A stretch of 64,000 nt of DNA from Candidatus Bipolaricaulota bacterium (GTDB taxonomy: Bacteria > Bipolaricaulota > Bipolaricaulia > UBA7950 > UBA9294). The stretch covers positions 1,128 to 65,127 of the forward strand of contig JAPLGD010000072.1 in NCBI GenBank assembly GCA_026390345.1, given 5' to 3'. The position numbers and the translations under genes were made by a program. Positions within the stretch are counted from its first letter, which is position 1. Each line of letters opens with the position of its first letter. The notes below the pieces were generated by a model. The model saw only the letters and a program-made list of their open reading frames with translations, was not told where the DNA came from and did no database searches. Of this stretch, positions 19,436-28,102 are shown piece by piece.

Positions 19436-20528
19436 GCTGGCCGATCTCGATGAGACGATCCTTCGGGAAGCGGCTCAAGACTTCGCACCCCGCGTCGGTG
19501 ATTGCGAGCATGTCCTCAATCCGGATCCCGCCGAGACCGTCCAGGTAGACTCCTGGCTCGGCCGTGCAGACCATGCCGGGTTCGTAGGCCGCCACAGCCG
19601 AGGCGCCCGAAGACGCCGGCGCCTCGTGGATCTCGATCCCGACTCCGTGGCTCAGCCCATGTGTGTACTGCGCACCGTACCCGGCGCGCTCGATCACGTC
19701 ACGCGCCGCCTTGTCGACAGTCGGTCCGGACACGCCTGGGGCAAATGCCGCGAGCCCGGCCAGGTTCGCCTCGAGCACGATGTCGTACACACGGCGCAAC
19801 GTGTCCGGAGCGCGCCCCACCGACACGGTCCGGGTGATGTCGCTCAAGTACCCCTTGTAGCGAGCCCCGATGTCGAACAGGAGCACGTCTCCCGACCGGA
19901 TCTTCTGATCGGCGGGAACGTGATGCGGCAGCGCGCTGTTCGCGCCTGCGGAGACGATCAGGTCGAAGCCGACCGCCTCCGCCCCCCGCTCGCGCATACA
20001 GCGCTCGAGAAGCCACGCAATCTGTCCCTCGGTCATCCCGGGGTGGACAGTGGCCAGCGTCTCCTTCAGCGCCTCTTCCGTGATCTCGGTGGCGCGGCGG
20101 ATCCGCGCGATCTCCTCAGCGTCCTTGACTAGGCGGACGCGGCCCACGGGGTCCTCGTCCACGACCAGCTCACAGACCCTTGCTGCCTCGAGCGCCCGCC
20201 CTGTCAACCACCCGATTCGGCGCGACGCCAGGCCGACCCGCCGGAACCCATGTTGCCTGAGGAGCGCAACGATGGCCTCTTGGTACTCCCAGCCCAAGAT
20301 CTGCCAATCCAAGTGCGGCGCCTCAGCCGACGCCATCCCGATGTTGGTGCGAGACGCGTAGGCGTGGATCGTCTCCGGCGTCACCATTAGGACTCCGAAC
20401 CCGTGATACCCGGTGAGGTAGAACATGGACGCGCGATCCGGATCCGTCGTCTCCAGGTGAACCACGAGGAAGCAGTCCGCATCGAGGGAGCTCATTAGTC
20501 GCGCTTGCCGCGCCGCGTAGTCGATCAT
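19419..20528 (-). CDS. M24-family metallopeptidase (Xaa-Pro dipeptidase/aminopeptidase).
   Basis: Trimmed to ATG at 20528 preceded by GAGAGGAGAAGC. Motifs HGLSHGVGIEIHE, CTAEPGVY, IRIEDM. It converges on the previous peptidase with a 17 nt overlap. Confidence 0.8.
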   Translation of the reverse strand: MIDYAARQARLMSSLDADCFLVVHLETTDPDRASMFYLTGYHGFGVLMVTPETIHAYASRTNIGMASAEAPHLDWQILGWEYQEAIVALLRQHGFRRVGLASRRIGWLTGRALEAARVCELVVDEDPVGRVRLVKDAEEIARIRRATEITEEALKETLATVHPGMTEGQIAWLLERCMRERGAEAVGFDLIVSAGANSALPHHVPADQKIRSGDVLLFDIGARYKGYLSDITRTVSVGRAPDTLRRVYDIVLEANLAGLAAFAPGVSGPTVDKAARDVIERAGYGAQYTHGLSHGVGIEIHEAPASSGASAVAAYEPGMVCTAEPGVYLDGLGGIRIEDMLAITDAGCEVLSRFPKDRLIEIGQPIRDR

Positions 20529-20705
20529 GCTTCTCCTCTCGCAATAGACACGTGAACCCGTCGTCCGATCATGCTTCTGACGGGCTTCCGGGTCCACGTC
20601 CGGCACCGCATGGACGGGCCGTCGGGATCCGTGCTCTCCAGGTTCGCGACGAGGAAGGCGCCGACATCCAGGGCTTCCGGAACGCCGGCTCTCCGACGCG
20701 CGTGG

Positions 20706-21806
20706 TCAGTCATCTTCACGCCCTCTTGCCTGCCGAGCTGGATTCGGCGGCACCTGCCCGGGTACCGAGCGTCCGGGTTCGCTGGCACCGGGTACAAGCG
20801 TCGATCCAAGGAGAAACCCGTCCCTCAATGGATCGTCGGAGTCGATCACGAACTCGTGACGCCCGGTCACGAAGGCGCGGCCCGAGATCTCAGGAACGAC
20901 CGCCGCGTGGTCACCGACCTGGGTCTCCTCGACGAGGCGACCGGTGAGCGTGGTGCCGATCAGGCTCTCGTGAACGAACGGCTCGTCGAGGTCGACCTCG
21001 CCCCGCGCGTAGAGGATCGCTAGACGAGCCGCCGTCCCGGTGCCACATGCGGATCGGTCGATCGCACCCGGCGGGATGACGACGGCGTTGCGGCCGGAGA
21101 CGTCGGGGTTGTCCGAGGGGGCGGTGAACTGAACGTGGGTGATCTCGTCGACCCACGCGAACTCGGGGTGGTGAACGAGAAGCTGCCGCCTCGCCGCCTC
21201 CCGCACGGCAATCCCCACCCGGACAATGTCGGAAGCGGAACTCGGAACGAGCCGCAGGCCGAAGCACTTCGCATCGACCGAGACGTACACGTTGCCACCG
21301 TACGCGACATCGACGTCCACCCTGCCGAAGCCGGGAATGTCGACCGGCGTGTCGAGCGTGAAGACGAACGCAGGGACCGAGCGGAACGAGACCCGCACGG
21401 CTCCTCCATGGTCGATGAGAACCCGAGCCGTGACGAGTCCGCCGGGCGTGTCGAGAACGACGGAAGTCTCTCCCGAGCCTCGAATCAGGCCGGCCTCGAC
21501 CAAGGCCGTGCAGCACCCGATCGTGTCGTGCCCGCACATCGGCAAGTACCCGCCGACCTCGACAAAGACGGCGCCGAAGTCCGCGTCGTGGCGACAGGGT
21601 TCCGTCAGCACGACGGCGGACATGACGCTGTTCCCCCGCGGCTCGTACACGAGGGCGGTGCGAATCCAGTCCATGTGCCTGCGAAGGTACAGAGCGCGCT
21701 CTGCAATGCTGTCGCCGGGAATCGCGGGCAGCCCTGAAAGGATCGTGCGCGTCGGCTCACCGCCGGTATGGGTGTCGATCGCTACGATGCGCTGTGTGTG
21801 AGCCAC
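20706..21806 (-). CDS. Proline racemase-family enzyme, Cys/Cys type (4-hydroxyproline epimerase or proline racemase).
   Basis: N-terminus VAIDTHTGGEPTR. First catalytic Cys in MCGHDTIG, second in DRSACGTGTAA. There is an apparent C-terminal extension of about 30 residues beyond the family end (DPLRDGFLLG). Confidence 0.8.
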   Translation of the reverse strand: MAHTQRIVAIDTHTGGEPTRTILSGLPAIPGDSIAERALYLRRHMDWIRTALVYEPRGNSVMSAVVLTEPCRHDADFGAVFVEVGGYLPMCGHDTIGCCTALVEAGLIRGSGETSVVLDTPGGLVTARVLIDHGGAVRVSFRSVPAFVFTLDTPVDIPGFGRVDVDVAYGGNVYVSVDAKCFGLRLVPSSASDIVRVGIAVREAARRQLLVHHPEFAWVDEITHVQFTAPSDNPDVSGRNAVVIPPGAIDRSACGTGTAARLAILYARGEVDLDEPFVHESLIGTTLTGRLVEETQVGDHAAVVPEISGRAFVTGRHEFVIDSDDPLRDGFLLGSTLVPGASEPGRSVPGQVPPNPARQARGREDD

Positions 21807-21896
21807 GGTCTCCCTTTCACTGTTCCGATCGCGCTGACGAGACGGTAGAAGCGGCGCTCCGCCTTGTCAAGCATCTCGCCGGAACGAGCGTGCAGT

Positions 21897-21925
21897 TTGT
21901 CGGTATACGCCGTTTCACCTACACT
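21897..21925 (+). promoter_or_regulatory. Promoter TTGTCG-17nt-TACACT placed 8 nt upstream of the regulator ATG. This gives a leaderless or near-leaderless transcript.
   Basis: Hexamers at 21897-21902 and 21920-21925. The start codon at 21934 has no RBS upstream. Confidence 0.4.
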
Positions 21926-21933
21926 GCATCAAC

Positions 21934-22536
21934 ATGGAACCCGTAGGGCAGCTCATTCGCGACCTCCGTGCGGAGAAAGGATGGACGTTGAAGGAACTCG
22001 CATCGAAGTGCGAGCTCTCAACCAGCTTTCTCTCGCAGGTCGAGCGCGGCCTCTCCTCGGTGTCGATCACGTCTCTCCACGTCATCTGCCAGGCTCTCGG
22101 GATGACGCTGGGCGAGTTCTTCCACCAGCTCGGAGACGGTGTCGGGCAGCCCGAGACCGAAGGGCGAACGCTCGAGGTCATGAAGGCGAAAGACCAGCGG
22201 GCGATTAACCTGTCGGAGGCATCCATCAAGTACCGCTTTCTCAGCCGTGAGTTTCCCGGTCGGCAGTTCGAGATCATGCTCGGGGAAATCCCGTCGGGCT
22301 ACTTCTATCCGCCGTTCTCCCACGAAGGCGAGGAGTTCGGCTACGTCCTCGAAGGCCAACTGCGACTCACGATCGGCGACGATACCTACACCCTTGGCCC
22401 CGGAGACAGCTACCACTTTGCGGCGTCGACGCCCCATGGATACCAGGCGGAGGGCGACGCAGCCGTGCGGATCCTGTGGGTTCAGACCCTGAAGTACTTC
22501 CAGACCCGCGATGGCATCCCGGCCCAGCAGGAGTGA
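21934..22536 (+). CDS. XRE-family HTH transcriptional regulator with a C-terminal cupin domain.
   Basis: N-terminus LRAEKGWTLKELASKCELSTSFLSQVERG (HTH_XRE). C-terminal cupin (FSHEGEEFGYVLEGQL). It is a paralog of the regulator at 43039..44115. Confidence 0.8.
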   Translation: MEPVGQLIRDLRAEKGWTLKELASKCELSTSFLSQVERGLSSVSITSLHVICQALGMTLGEFFHQLGDGVGQPETEGRTLEVMKAKDQRAINLSEASIKYRFLSREFPGRQFEIMLGEIPSGYFYPPFSHEGEEFGYVLEGQLRLTIGDDTYTLGPGDSYHFAASTPHGYQAEGDAAVRILWVQTLKYFQTRDGIPAQQE

Positions 22537-23533
22537 CCCGTCGAAGCTTGCGGAGAGCTCGGCGGGCGGGCGCCTTCTCTACCTGTCAAGCCAGGACGTA
22601 GAGAGGGTCGGACTCACGGAATCCGAGGTCGTGGCGGAGATCGCTTCGCTGTTCGTAGAGAAGGCCGCCGGACGAGTCGAGGCGCCACCCAAGCTCGGAG
22701 TTCATCCAACAAGGGACTCATTCCTGCACGCGATGCCAGCGCACGTTCCGGGCCGTCGCGCGACGGGGATGAAGTGGATCGGCGCATTCCCTGAGAATCG
22801 AACCCACGGGGTCCCACAGATCAGCGGGGTCATCGTGATCAACGACGACGACACCGGTCTTCCTCTCGCCATCCTCGACGCGCGCTGGGTGACGGCGAAG
22901 CGAACCGCCGCCGCGTCCGCCCTCGCAGCGAGGCACTTGGCGCGCCCGGACGCATCCAAGGTGGGGATTCTCGGCTGCGGGGTGCAGGGCCGGAGCCATC
23001 TCGTGGCCCTGTGCGCCGAGTTCCGTATCGAGGAGGTCGTCGCGTACGATCCATCCGAGGAGGCGCGAACGCTCTACGCGGAGGAGATGCGCGAGCACAC
23101 GGGCGTACGCGTTTGCCCCTCGGCCGTGCCGCGCGACGCGGTGGAGGGGCGCGACGTGGTCGTGACCGCGGGGCCGATCGCGCGAACTCCCTATGCGACC
23201 ATCGAGGCCGGCTGGCTCCCGGAGGGTGCGTTCGCCGCGGCCGTCGACTACGCGTCCGCCTGGAGCGCTGGCGCACTCGCAACATTCGACCGGATCTACA
23301 CCGACGACATCCCGCAACTCGAGGCCCAACAACGGGAAGGCTACTTCCCTGACCTCCCCGCGCCTTACGCTGACCTGGGCCAGGTTGTGGTCGGCGCAAA
23401 GCGGGGCAGGACGACCGGGAAGGACCGGATCATGGCCTGCCTCCTCGGCCTCGCGGCCGAAGATGTCGTCGTCGGCCGCCTCGTCGCCGAGCGGGCTGTC
23501 GCGAAGGGAATCGGTACCTGGCTTCCGCTGTAG
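22511..23533 (+). CDS. Ornithine cyclodeaminase/mu-crystallin family NAD(P)-dependent enzyme, likely a delta1-pyrroline-2-carboxylate (or P5C) reductase.
   Basis: OCD-family pattern LYLSSQDVERVGL...GAFPENR...GILGCGVQGRSHL (Rossmann). It sits next to a Cys/Thr proline-racemase-family dehydratase. Confidence 0.7.
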   Translation: MASRPSRSDPSKLAESSAGGRLLYLSSQDVERVGLTESEVVAEIASLFVEKAAGRVEAPPKLGVHPTRDSFLHAMPAHVPGRRATGMKWIGAFPENRTHGVPQISGVIVINDDDTGLPLAILDARWVTAKRTAAASALAARHLARPDASKVGILGCGVQGRSHLVALCAEFRIEEVVAYDPSEEARTLYAEEMREHTGVRVCPSAVPRDAVEGRDVVVTAGPIARTPYATIEAGWLPEGAFAAAVDYASAWSAGALATFDRIYTDDIPQLEAQQREGYFPDLPAPYADLGQVVVGAKRGRTTGKDRIMACLLGLAAEDVVVGRLVAERAVAKGIGTWLPL

Positions 23534-23553
23534 GAGAGGCCGCGAGGAGGACT

Positions 23554-24615
23554 GTGAACGTGGAGCGAACGCTCGGAGAGCGAAGTCAGACGACGGAATG
23601 GCGCTCGCGCGAGGGGTGGCAAGCGTTTCGAACGGTCGACCTCCATGCAGCGGGCGAGCCGTTGCGCATCGTGACCGAGGGCTTTCCTGAGCTCCGCGGC
23701 GCGACGATGCTTGAGCGCCGACAGGATGCTCGAGCGCGCTGCGACGGGCTGCGGCGGATTCTCATGTGGGAGCCCCGCGGCCACGCCGACATGTATGGGT
23801 GTCTCGTCACTCCTCCTGCGACCGACGACGCGGACTTCGGCGTTCTCTTCATGCACAACGAGGGGTGGAGCACCATGTGCGGTCACGGCGTGATCGCCGT
23901 GACGACGGCGGCCATCGAGCTCGGATGGGTCGCCGCACAAGAACCTGAGACGACGGTGCGAATCGACGCCCCGGCGGGCCGAATCACGGCGGTGGCGCAC
24001 CTCGAGGTTGGACACGTCCGCGCGGTCCGGTTCCGCAACGTCCCGTCGTTCGTGCTCGCCTTGGATCAGGCGGTCGACGTTCCCGGGATCGGGCGCGTTC
24101 GATACGACCTCGCGTTCGGCGGTGCGTTCTACGCGTACGTGGACGCCGCGGACGTGGGACTCCGGTGCGCCCCCGAGGAGGTCGAGGCGTTGATCGTCGC
24201 AGGCCGCGCCATCAAGCACGCCGTCGTGGCTCAGCGCTCGATTCCGCATCCCCTCGACCCCGACCTAGGCTTCCTCTACGGCGTGATCCTCATCGCGCCG
24301 CCGCTCTCGGACGAAGCGGACAGCCGAAACGTCTGCGTCTTCGCGGACGGCGAGGTCGACCGAAGCCCGACCGGCACCGGGGTAAGCGGCCGGCTGGCGC
24401 TGCACTACGCGCGCGGCGAATTGGAGCTGGGACAGCCATTGGTAATCGAGAGCATCCTCGGCACTCGCTTCACAGGCCGCGTCGCGGAGGAGACGACGTG
24501 TGGCGCGTTCGCGGCCGTGGTCCCGGAGGTCGAGGGCACGGCACACATCACCGGCTACCACACGTTCGTCGTCGATCCCGACGACCCGCTCCGGGCGGGG
24601 TTTCTCGTGCGGTAG
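23554..24615 (+). CDS. Proline racemase-family enzyme, Cys/Thr type, predicted trans-3-hydroxy-L-proline dehydratase.
   Basis: DLHAAGEPLRIVTEG. First catalytic Cys in MCGHGVIA. The second catalytic position is Thr (DRSPTGTGVS), the hallmark of characterised T3LHyp dehydratases. Confidence 0.75.
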   Translation: MNVERTLGERSQTTEWRSREGWQAFRTVDLHAAGEPLRIVTEGFPELRGATMLERRQDARARCDGLRRILMWEPRGHADMYGCLVTPPATDDADFGVLFMHNEGWSTMCGHGVIAVTTAAIELGWVAAQEPETTVRIDAPAGRITAVAHLEVGHVRAVRFRNVPSFVLALDQAVDVPGIGRVRYDLAFGGAFYAYVDAADVGLRCAPEEVEALIVAGRAIKHAVVAQRSIPHPLDPDLGFLYGVILIAPPLSDEADSRNVCVFADGEVDRSPTGTGVSGRLALHYARGELELGQPLVIESILGTRFTGRVAEETTCGAFAAVVPEVEGTAHITGYHTFVVDPDDPLRAGFLVR

Positions 24616-24644
24616 CCCGGCGAGGCTCTTCCTCCGCTAGCACG

Positions 24645-27011
24645 CTACGCCTCGCTGTGCGCGGTGCGGGCGATGACCTCCTCCTGCAACGCCCGGTCGA
24701 GGGCGTGGAAGTAGTCGCTGTACCCGGCCACTCGAACGATCAGGTCTCGGTACTCCTCCGGGTTCTCCTGCGCACGCCTCAACGTGGCGGTATCGACGAC
24801 GTTGAATTGGATGTGGTGGCCATCGTACCGGAAGTACGTCCTCACGATCGCCGCCACCTTCCGCAGCCCCTCCTCGTCCTTGAGGACGTCAGGAAGGAAT
24901 CGCTGGTTGAGGAGAGTGCCCCCCGTGCGGACGTGGTCGATCTTCCCCACGGAGCGAATGACGGCCGTCGGTCCGTGCGTGTCGGCCCCCTGCGTCGGCG
25001 AGATCCCGTCGGACAGTGGAATCCCGGCGCGGCGGCCGTTCGGTGTGGCACCGACCTTCTCACCAAAGAAGACGTGGACCGTGGTCGGCAGGAGGTTGAC
25101 GCGGTGCGCGCCGCCCTTCGTGTTCGGCCGCCCGTCGATGGCATCGAAGTACGCGTCGAAGATCCGCCGCGCGATGTCGTCGGCGCGGTCGTCGTCGTTG
25201 CCGAAGAACGGGGTCTCGTGCACGAGCAGGTTACGCTCGGCGTCGTGCCCCGCGAAGTCAGCCGCGAGGACTCGAAGCAGGCGGTCCATCGAGAAAGACT
25301 TGCGCACGAACACGTGCTCGCGGATCGCCGAGAGGGAGTCGGTCGCTGTCCCCATCCCGACCCCCTGGATGTACGTCGACTTGTACCGCGGACCCGAGCC
25401 GTTGTAGTCCTGGCCCTTCTCGATGCAGTCGTCGACGAGCACCGAGATGAACGGAGCGGGCATGTGCTCGGCGAAGATTCGCTCAATGCGACCGTTGCCC
25501 TCGACCTTGACGTCCACGAAGTGGCGAAGCTGCTTCTCGAACGCGTCGAAGACCTGCTCGAAGCTCTCGAACGTGCGCGGGTCGCCCGTGCTCGGCCCGA
25601 TCCGACGGCCGCTATTTGGGTCGACGCCGTCGTGGAGCGCCAGCTCGAGGAGCTTCGGCCAGTTCATGTAGCCGGTCAGAATGCAGCTCTCCTTGCCGAA
25701 CGCGCTGATCTCGACGCAGCCGCTCGGCCCGCCGGAGCGGGCGTCACGTAGGCTCTTTCCGACGCGCAGGAACTCCTGCACGATCGCGTCCGTGTTGAAG
25801 ATCGACGGCTGGCCGAACCCCTTCCGAATCACCTCGAGGGTCCGGAGCAGGAATCGGTCAGGGCTCTTCTTTGAGAGCTGCACGCACGATCCGGTGTACG
25901 GGAGCCGCATCTCCTCGATCACGTCAAGCACGAGGTAGGACAGCTCGTTGACGGCGTCGGCTCCGTCCGGGGTCACGCCTCCGACGTTGATCAGGGTGAA
26001 GTCGTTGTACGTCGCGCTCTGCTCTTCCGTCACGCCGACCTTCGGGGGTGCTGGTTGGTTCGAGAACTTCACCCAGAAGCACTCGAGCAGCTCCTTCGCG
26101 CCGTCCCGGGTCAGCCGGCCTGCGTCGACGTCCCGCCGGTAGAACGGGTACAGGTTCACGTCGAGACGTCCCGGGTTGTAGGAGTCCCACTCGTTCAGCT
26201 CGGTGACGACGCCCAAGTGGACGAACCAGTACATCTGCAACGCCTCGCGGAACGTCCGCGGAGCGTGGGCCGGTACCCACGAGCAGATCTCGGCAATCTC
26301 GAGCAGCTCGGCGCGGCGCGCTGGGGTCTTCGCCTCGCCTGCCATGCGCCGCGCGAGATCGGCGTACCGCCCGACAAGTCGGATGAGCGCGTCGCAGACG
26401 ATTTCCATCGCGTCGAGTTCGTCGACCCGCGCCGCGCGGTCCGCAACGTCGGAGGTTCGGAAGCGGTCCCGTGCTTCGGCAATCCGTGCCTTGAAGTCGA
26501 GGAAGCCATGGCGATAGATCTTGTCGTCGAGGATTGCGTGGCCTGGCGCCCGCTGCTCCATGAACTCCGTGAACACCCCCGCGTCGAACGCCGCGTGCCA
26601 GTCTTCGGACATCGCCGCGAACACCCGCTCGCGGAGGCTCTTTCCTTTCCAGAAGGGGATGATCCTCGACTCGTACAGCGTCTTCGTCGCGTCATCCACG
26701 AGGAACGGCGTCTTCCGGCGGGTCGAGAGGACCCGAAGATCCTCGAGCGAGTGGCAGCACAATTCGGGGTATGTCGACGTCGCGCGGGGCCGCGGGCCCC
26801 TCTCGCCAACGATCAGCTCGTCGTCCCCGATGTAGATCGTTTCGTTCTCGAGGATGTAGCGGAATCCCCGTGCGCGATGGACAGGAACGGACTCGCGTAG
26901 GGTCGCACTCTCGCGCTCGAAGCGCGTCAGGAGTTCCGCGCGTTCGCCGCTCACGCTCGGGCGGGTCGTCACGCATTCGGTTCGCAACCGCTCCACTCTC
27001 TCGTTCATCAT
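24645..27011 (-). CDS. Glycyl radical enzyme of the dehydratase/eliminase class, most similar in architecture to trans-4-hydroxy-L-proline dehydratase (HypD).
   Basis: 788 residues. C-terminal glycyl radical motif IVRVAGYSDYF. Active-site Cys loop GCVE (GGPSGCVEISAFG) as in HypD, CutC and glycerol dehydratase. PFL-like fold length. Confidence 0.85.
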   Translation of the reverse strand: MMNERVERLRTECVTTRPSVSGERAELLTRFERESATLRESVPVHRARGFRYILENETIYIGDDELIVGERGPRPRATSTYPELCCHSLEDLRVLSTRRKTPFLVDDATKTLYESRIIPFWKGKSLRERVFAAMSEDWHAAFDAGVFTEFMEQRAPGHAILDDKIYRHGFLDFKARIAEARDRFRTSDVADRAARVDELDAMEIVCDALIRLVGRYADLARRMAGEAKTPARRAELLEIAEICSWVPAHAPRTFREALQMYWFVHLGVVTELNEWDSYNPGRLDVNLYPFYRRDVDAGRLTRDGAKELLECFWVKFSNQPAPPKVGVTEEQSATYNDFTLINVGGVTPDGADAVNELSYLVLDVIEEMRLPYTGSCVQLSKKSPDRFLLRTLEVIRKGFGQPSIFNTDAIVQEFLRVGKSLRDARSGGPSGCVEISAFGKESCILTGYMNWPKLLELALHDGVDPNSGRRIGPSTGDPRTFESFEQVFDAFEKQLRHFVDVKVEGNGRIERIFAEHMPAPFISVLVDDCIEKGQDYNGSGPRYKSTYIQGVGMGTATDSLSAIREHVFVRKSFSMDRLLRVLAADFAGHDAERNLLVHETPFFGNDDDRADDIARRIFDAYFDAIDGRPNTKGGAHRVNLLPTTVHVFFGEKVGATPNGRRAGIPLSDGISPTQGADTHGPTAVIRSVGKIDHVRTGGTLLNQRFLPDVLKDEEGLRKVAAIVRTYFRYDGHHIQFNVVDTATLRRAQENPEEYRDLIVRVAGYSDYFHALDRALQEEVIARTAHSEA

Positions 27012-27012
27012 C

Positions 27013-27957
27013 CTATCCCCCTATCGTTACCGGCAAGCTCGTCGCAGCACGAACGGCCGCGACTGCGTCCTCGATCGTCTCTGGGTCGGATGGAAGCACG
27101 CCGGGAAGCTCATAGCGTCTCCCCAAGTGTGCGAACTTCCGCTCCCCCGCGGCGTGGTACGGGAGGATTTGCACGGCCTCCACGCCAGGAAGTCGCGAGA
27201 CGAACCGCCCGAGTTCCCTCAGGTCCCGCTCCGAATCGTTCACACCGGTGATCAACGGATACCGGATCCAGACGCGCTTCCCATCCTCCGACAGGCAGCG
27301 GAGGTTCGCGAGAATCGTCGCGTTCGAGACGCCCGTCCACCGACGGTGCCGCTCGTCATCGAGCAGCTTGATGTCGTACAGGAAGAGATCGGTGTGGGCC
27401 GCCACCGCAGCAAGGGCTGGCTCGGCGGCGAAACCGCATGTGTCGACCGCCGTGTGGATCCTGCGCTCCTGGCACGCCTGAAGAAGCTCCGCGGCAAACT
27501 CTGGTTGCGCGAGCGGCTCGCCCCCCGACAGCGTGACGCCTCCCCGCGACTGATCGTAGAAGAGCACGTCGCGGTCGATTTCGGAGAGGAGGTCGTCAAT
27601 CGTGCGCGTCGAGCCGACGATTGATCGTGCTCGAGGGACGCACGCTGCGACACAGGCGCCGCAGGCCGTGCAACGGGTCCGGTCGGTCTCGGGCTTTGCG
27701 GCGGTCGACGCACGGGCGATTGCCCCATGGGGGCACGCCGAGACGCACGCCCCGCAGGCGACGCACCGCTCGCCCCAGAAGAGGAGCTCCGGCCCTCGCT
27801 CCTGGCTCTCCGGGTTGTGGCACCACGCACAGCGCAGGGGACAGCCTTTCAGGAAGACCGTGGTGCGTACGCCCGGGCCGTCGTGGATGGCAAAGCGCTT
27901 GAGGTCGAAGATGGTCCCGGTTCTCGACGCCGTTACAGTGGCACTGCACGTTCTCAT
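27013..27957 (-). CDS. Glycyl radical enzyme activating enzyme (radical SAM, with additional ferredoxin-like Cys clusters).
   Basis: Trimmed to ATG 27957 (MRTCS...GTIFDLKRFAIHDGPGVRTTVFLKGCPLRCAWCHNPES). CxxxCxxC motif plus CVACGACVSACPHG and CTACGACVAAC inserts. The 120-codon upstream extension of the ORF is out-of-context read-through and was rejected. Confidence 0.85.
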   Translation of the reverse strand: MRTCSATVTASRTGTIFDLKRFAIHDGPGVRTTVFLKGCPLRCAWCHNPESQERGPELLFWGERCVACGACVSACPHGAIARASTAAKPETDRTRCTACGACVAACVPRARSIVGSTRTIDDLLSEIDRDVLFYDQSRGGVTLSGGEPLAQPEFAAELLQACQERRIHTAVDTCGFAAEPALAAVAAHTDLFLYDIKLLDDERHRRWTGVSNATILANLRCLSEDGKRVWIRYPLITGVNDSERDLRELGRFVSRLPGVEAVQILPYHAAGERKFAHLGRRYELPGVLPSDPETIEDAVAAVRAATSLPVTIGG

Positions 27958-28049
27958 GCCCTCGTCCCCTTCGATCCGTGCTCGCCGATCCGCAGAGAAA
28001 CGATACGTCGAGATCCGAACGGATGCAAGGGCATGCGCCGGCTCTTGTA

Positions 28050-28063
28050 GTGTCACTGAACAC
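28050..28063 (-). promoter_or_regulatory. Operator-like element GTGTTCAgTGACAC inside the hyuB/activase intergenic gap. It shares the GTTCA and GTGACAC half-sites with the regulator promoter at 44136-44190.
   Basis: Motif read on the minus strand at 28050-28063 (plus strand gtgtcactgaacac). A 145 nt gap is unusual inside an otherwise overlap-coupled operon. Confidence 0.3.
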
Positions 28064-28102
28064 GAGGATTCAAGGGGCGGGATCGCCCTAGGCTGGCGCA
28101 GT

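Noticed and set aside
24645-27011. Labelling the glycyl radical enzyme with the gene symbol hypD.
   Set aside because: The GCVE loop and size fit trans-4-Hyp dehydratase. But substrate-specifying residues cannot be verified without an alignment, and the operonic HyuAB suggests a possibly different substrate. The symbol is also ambiguous with the hydrogenase maturation gene hypD.
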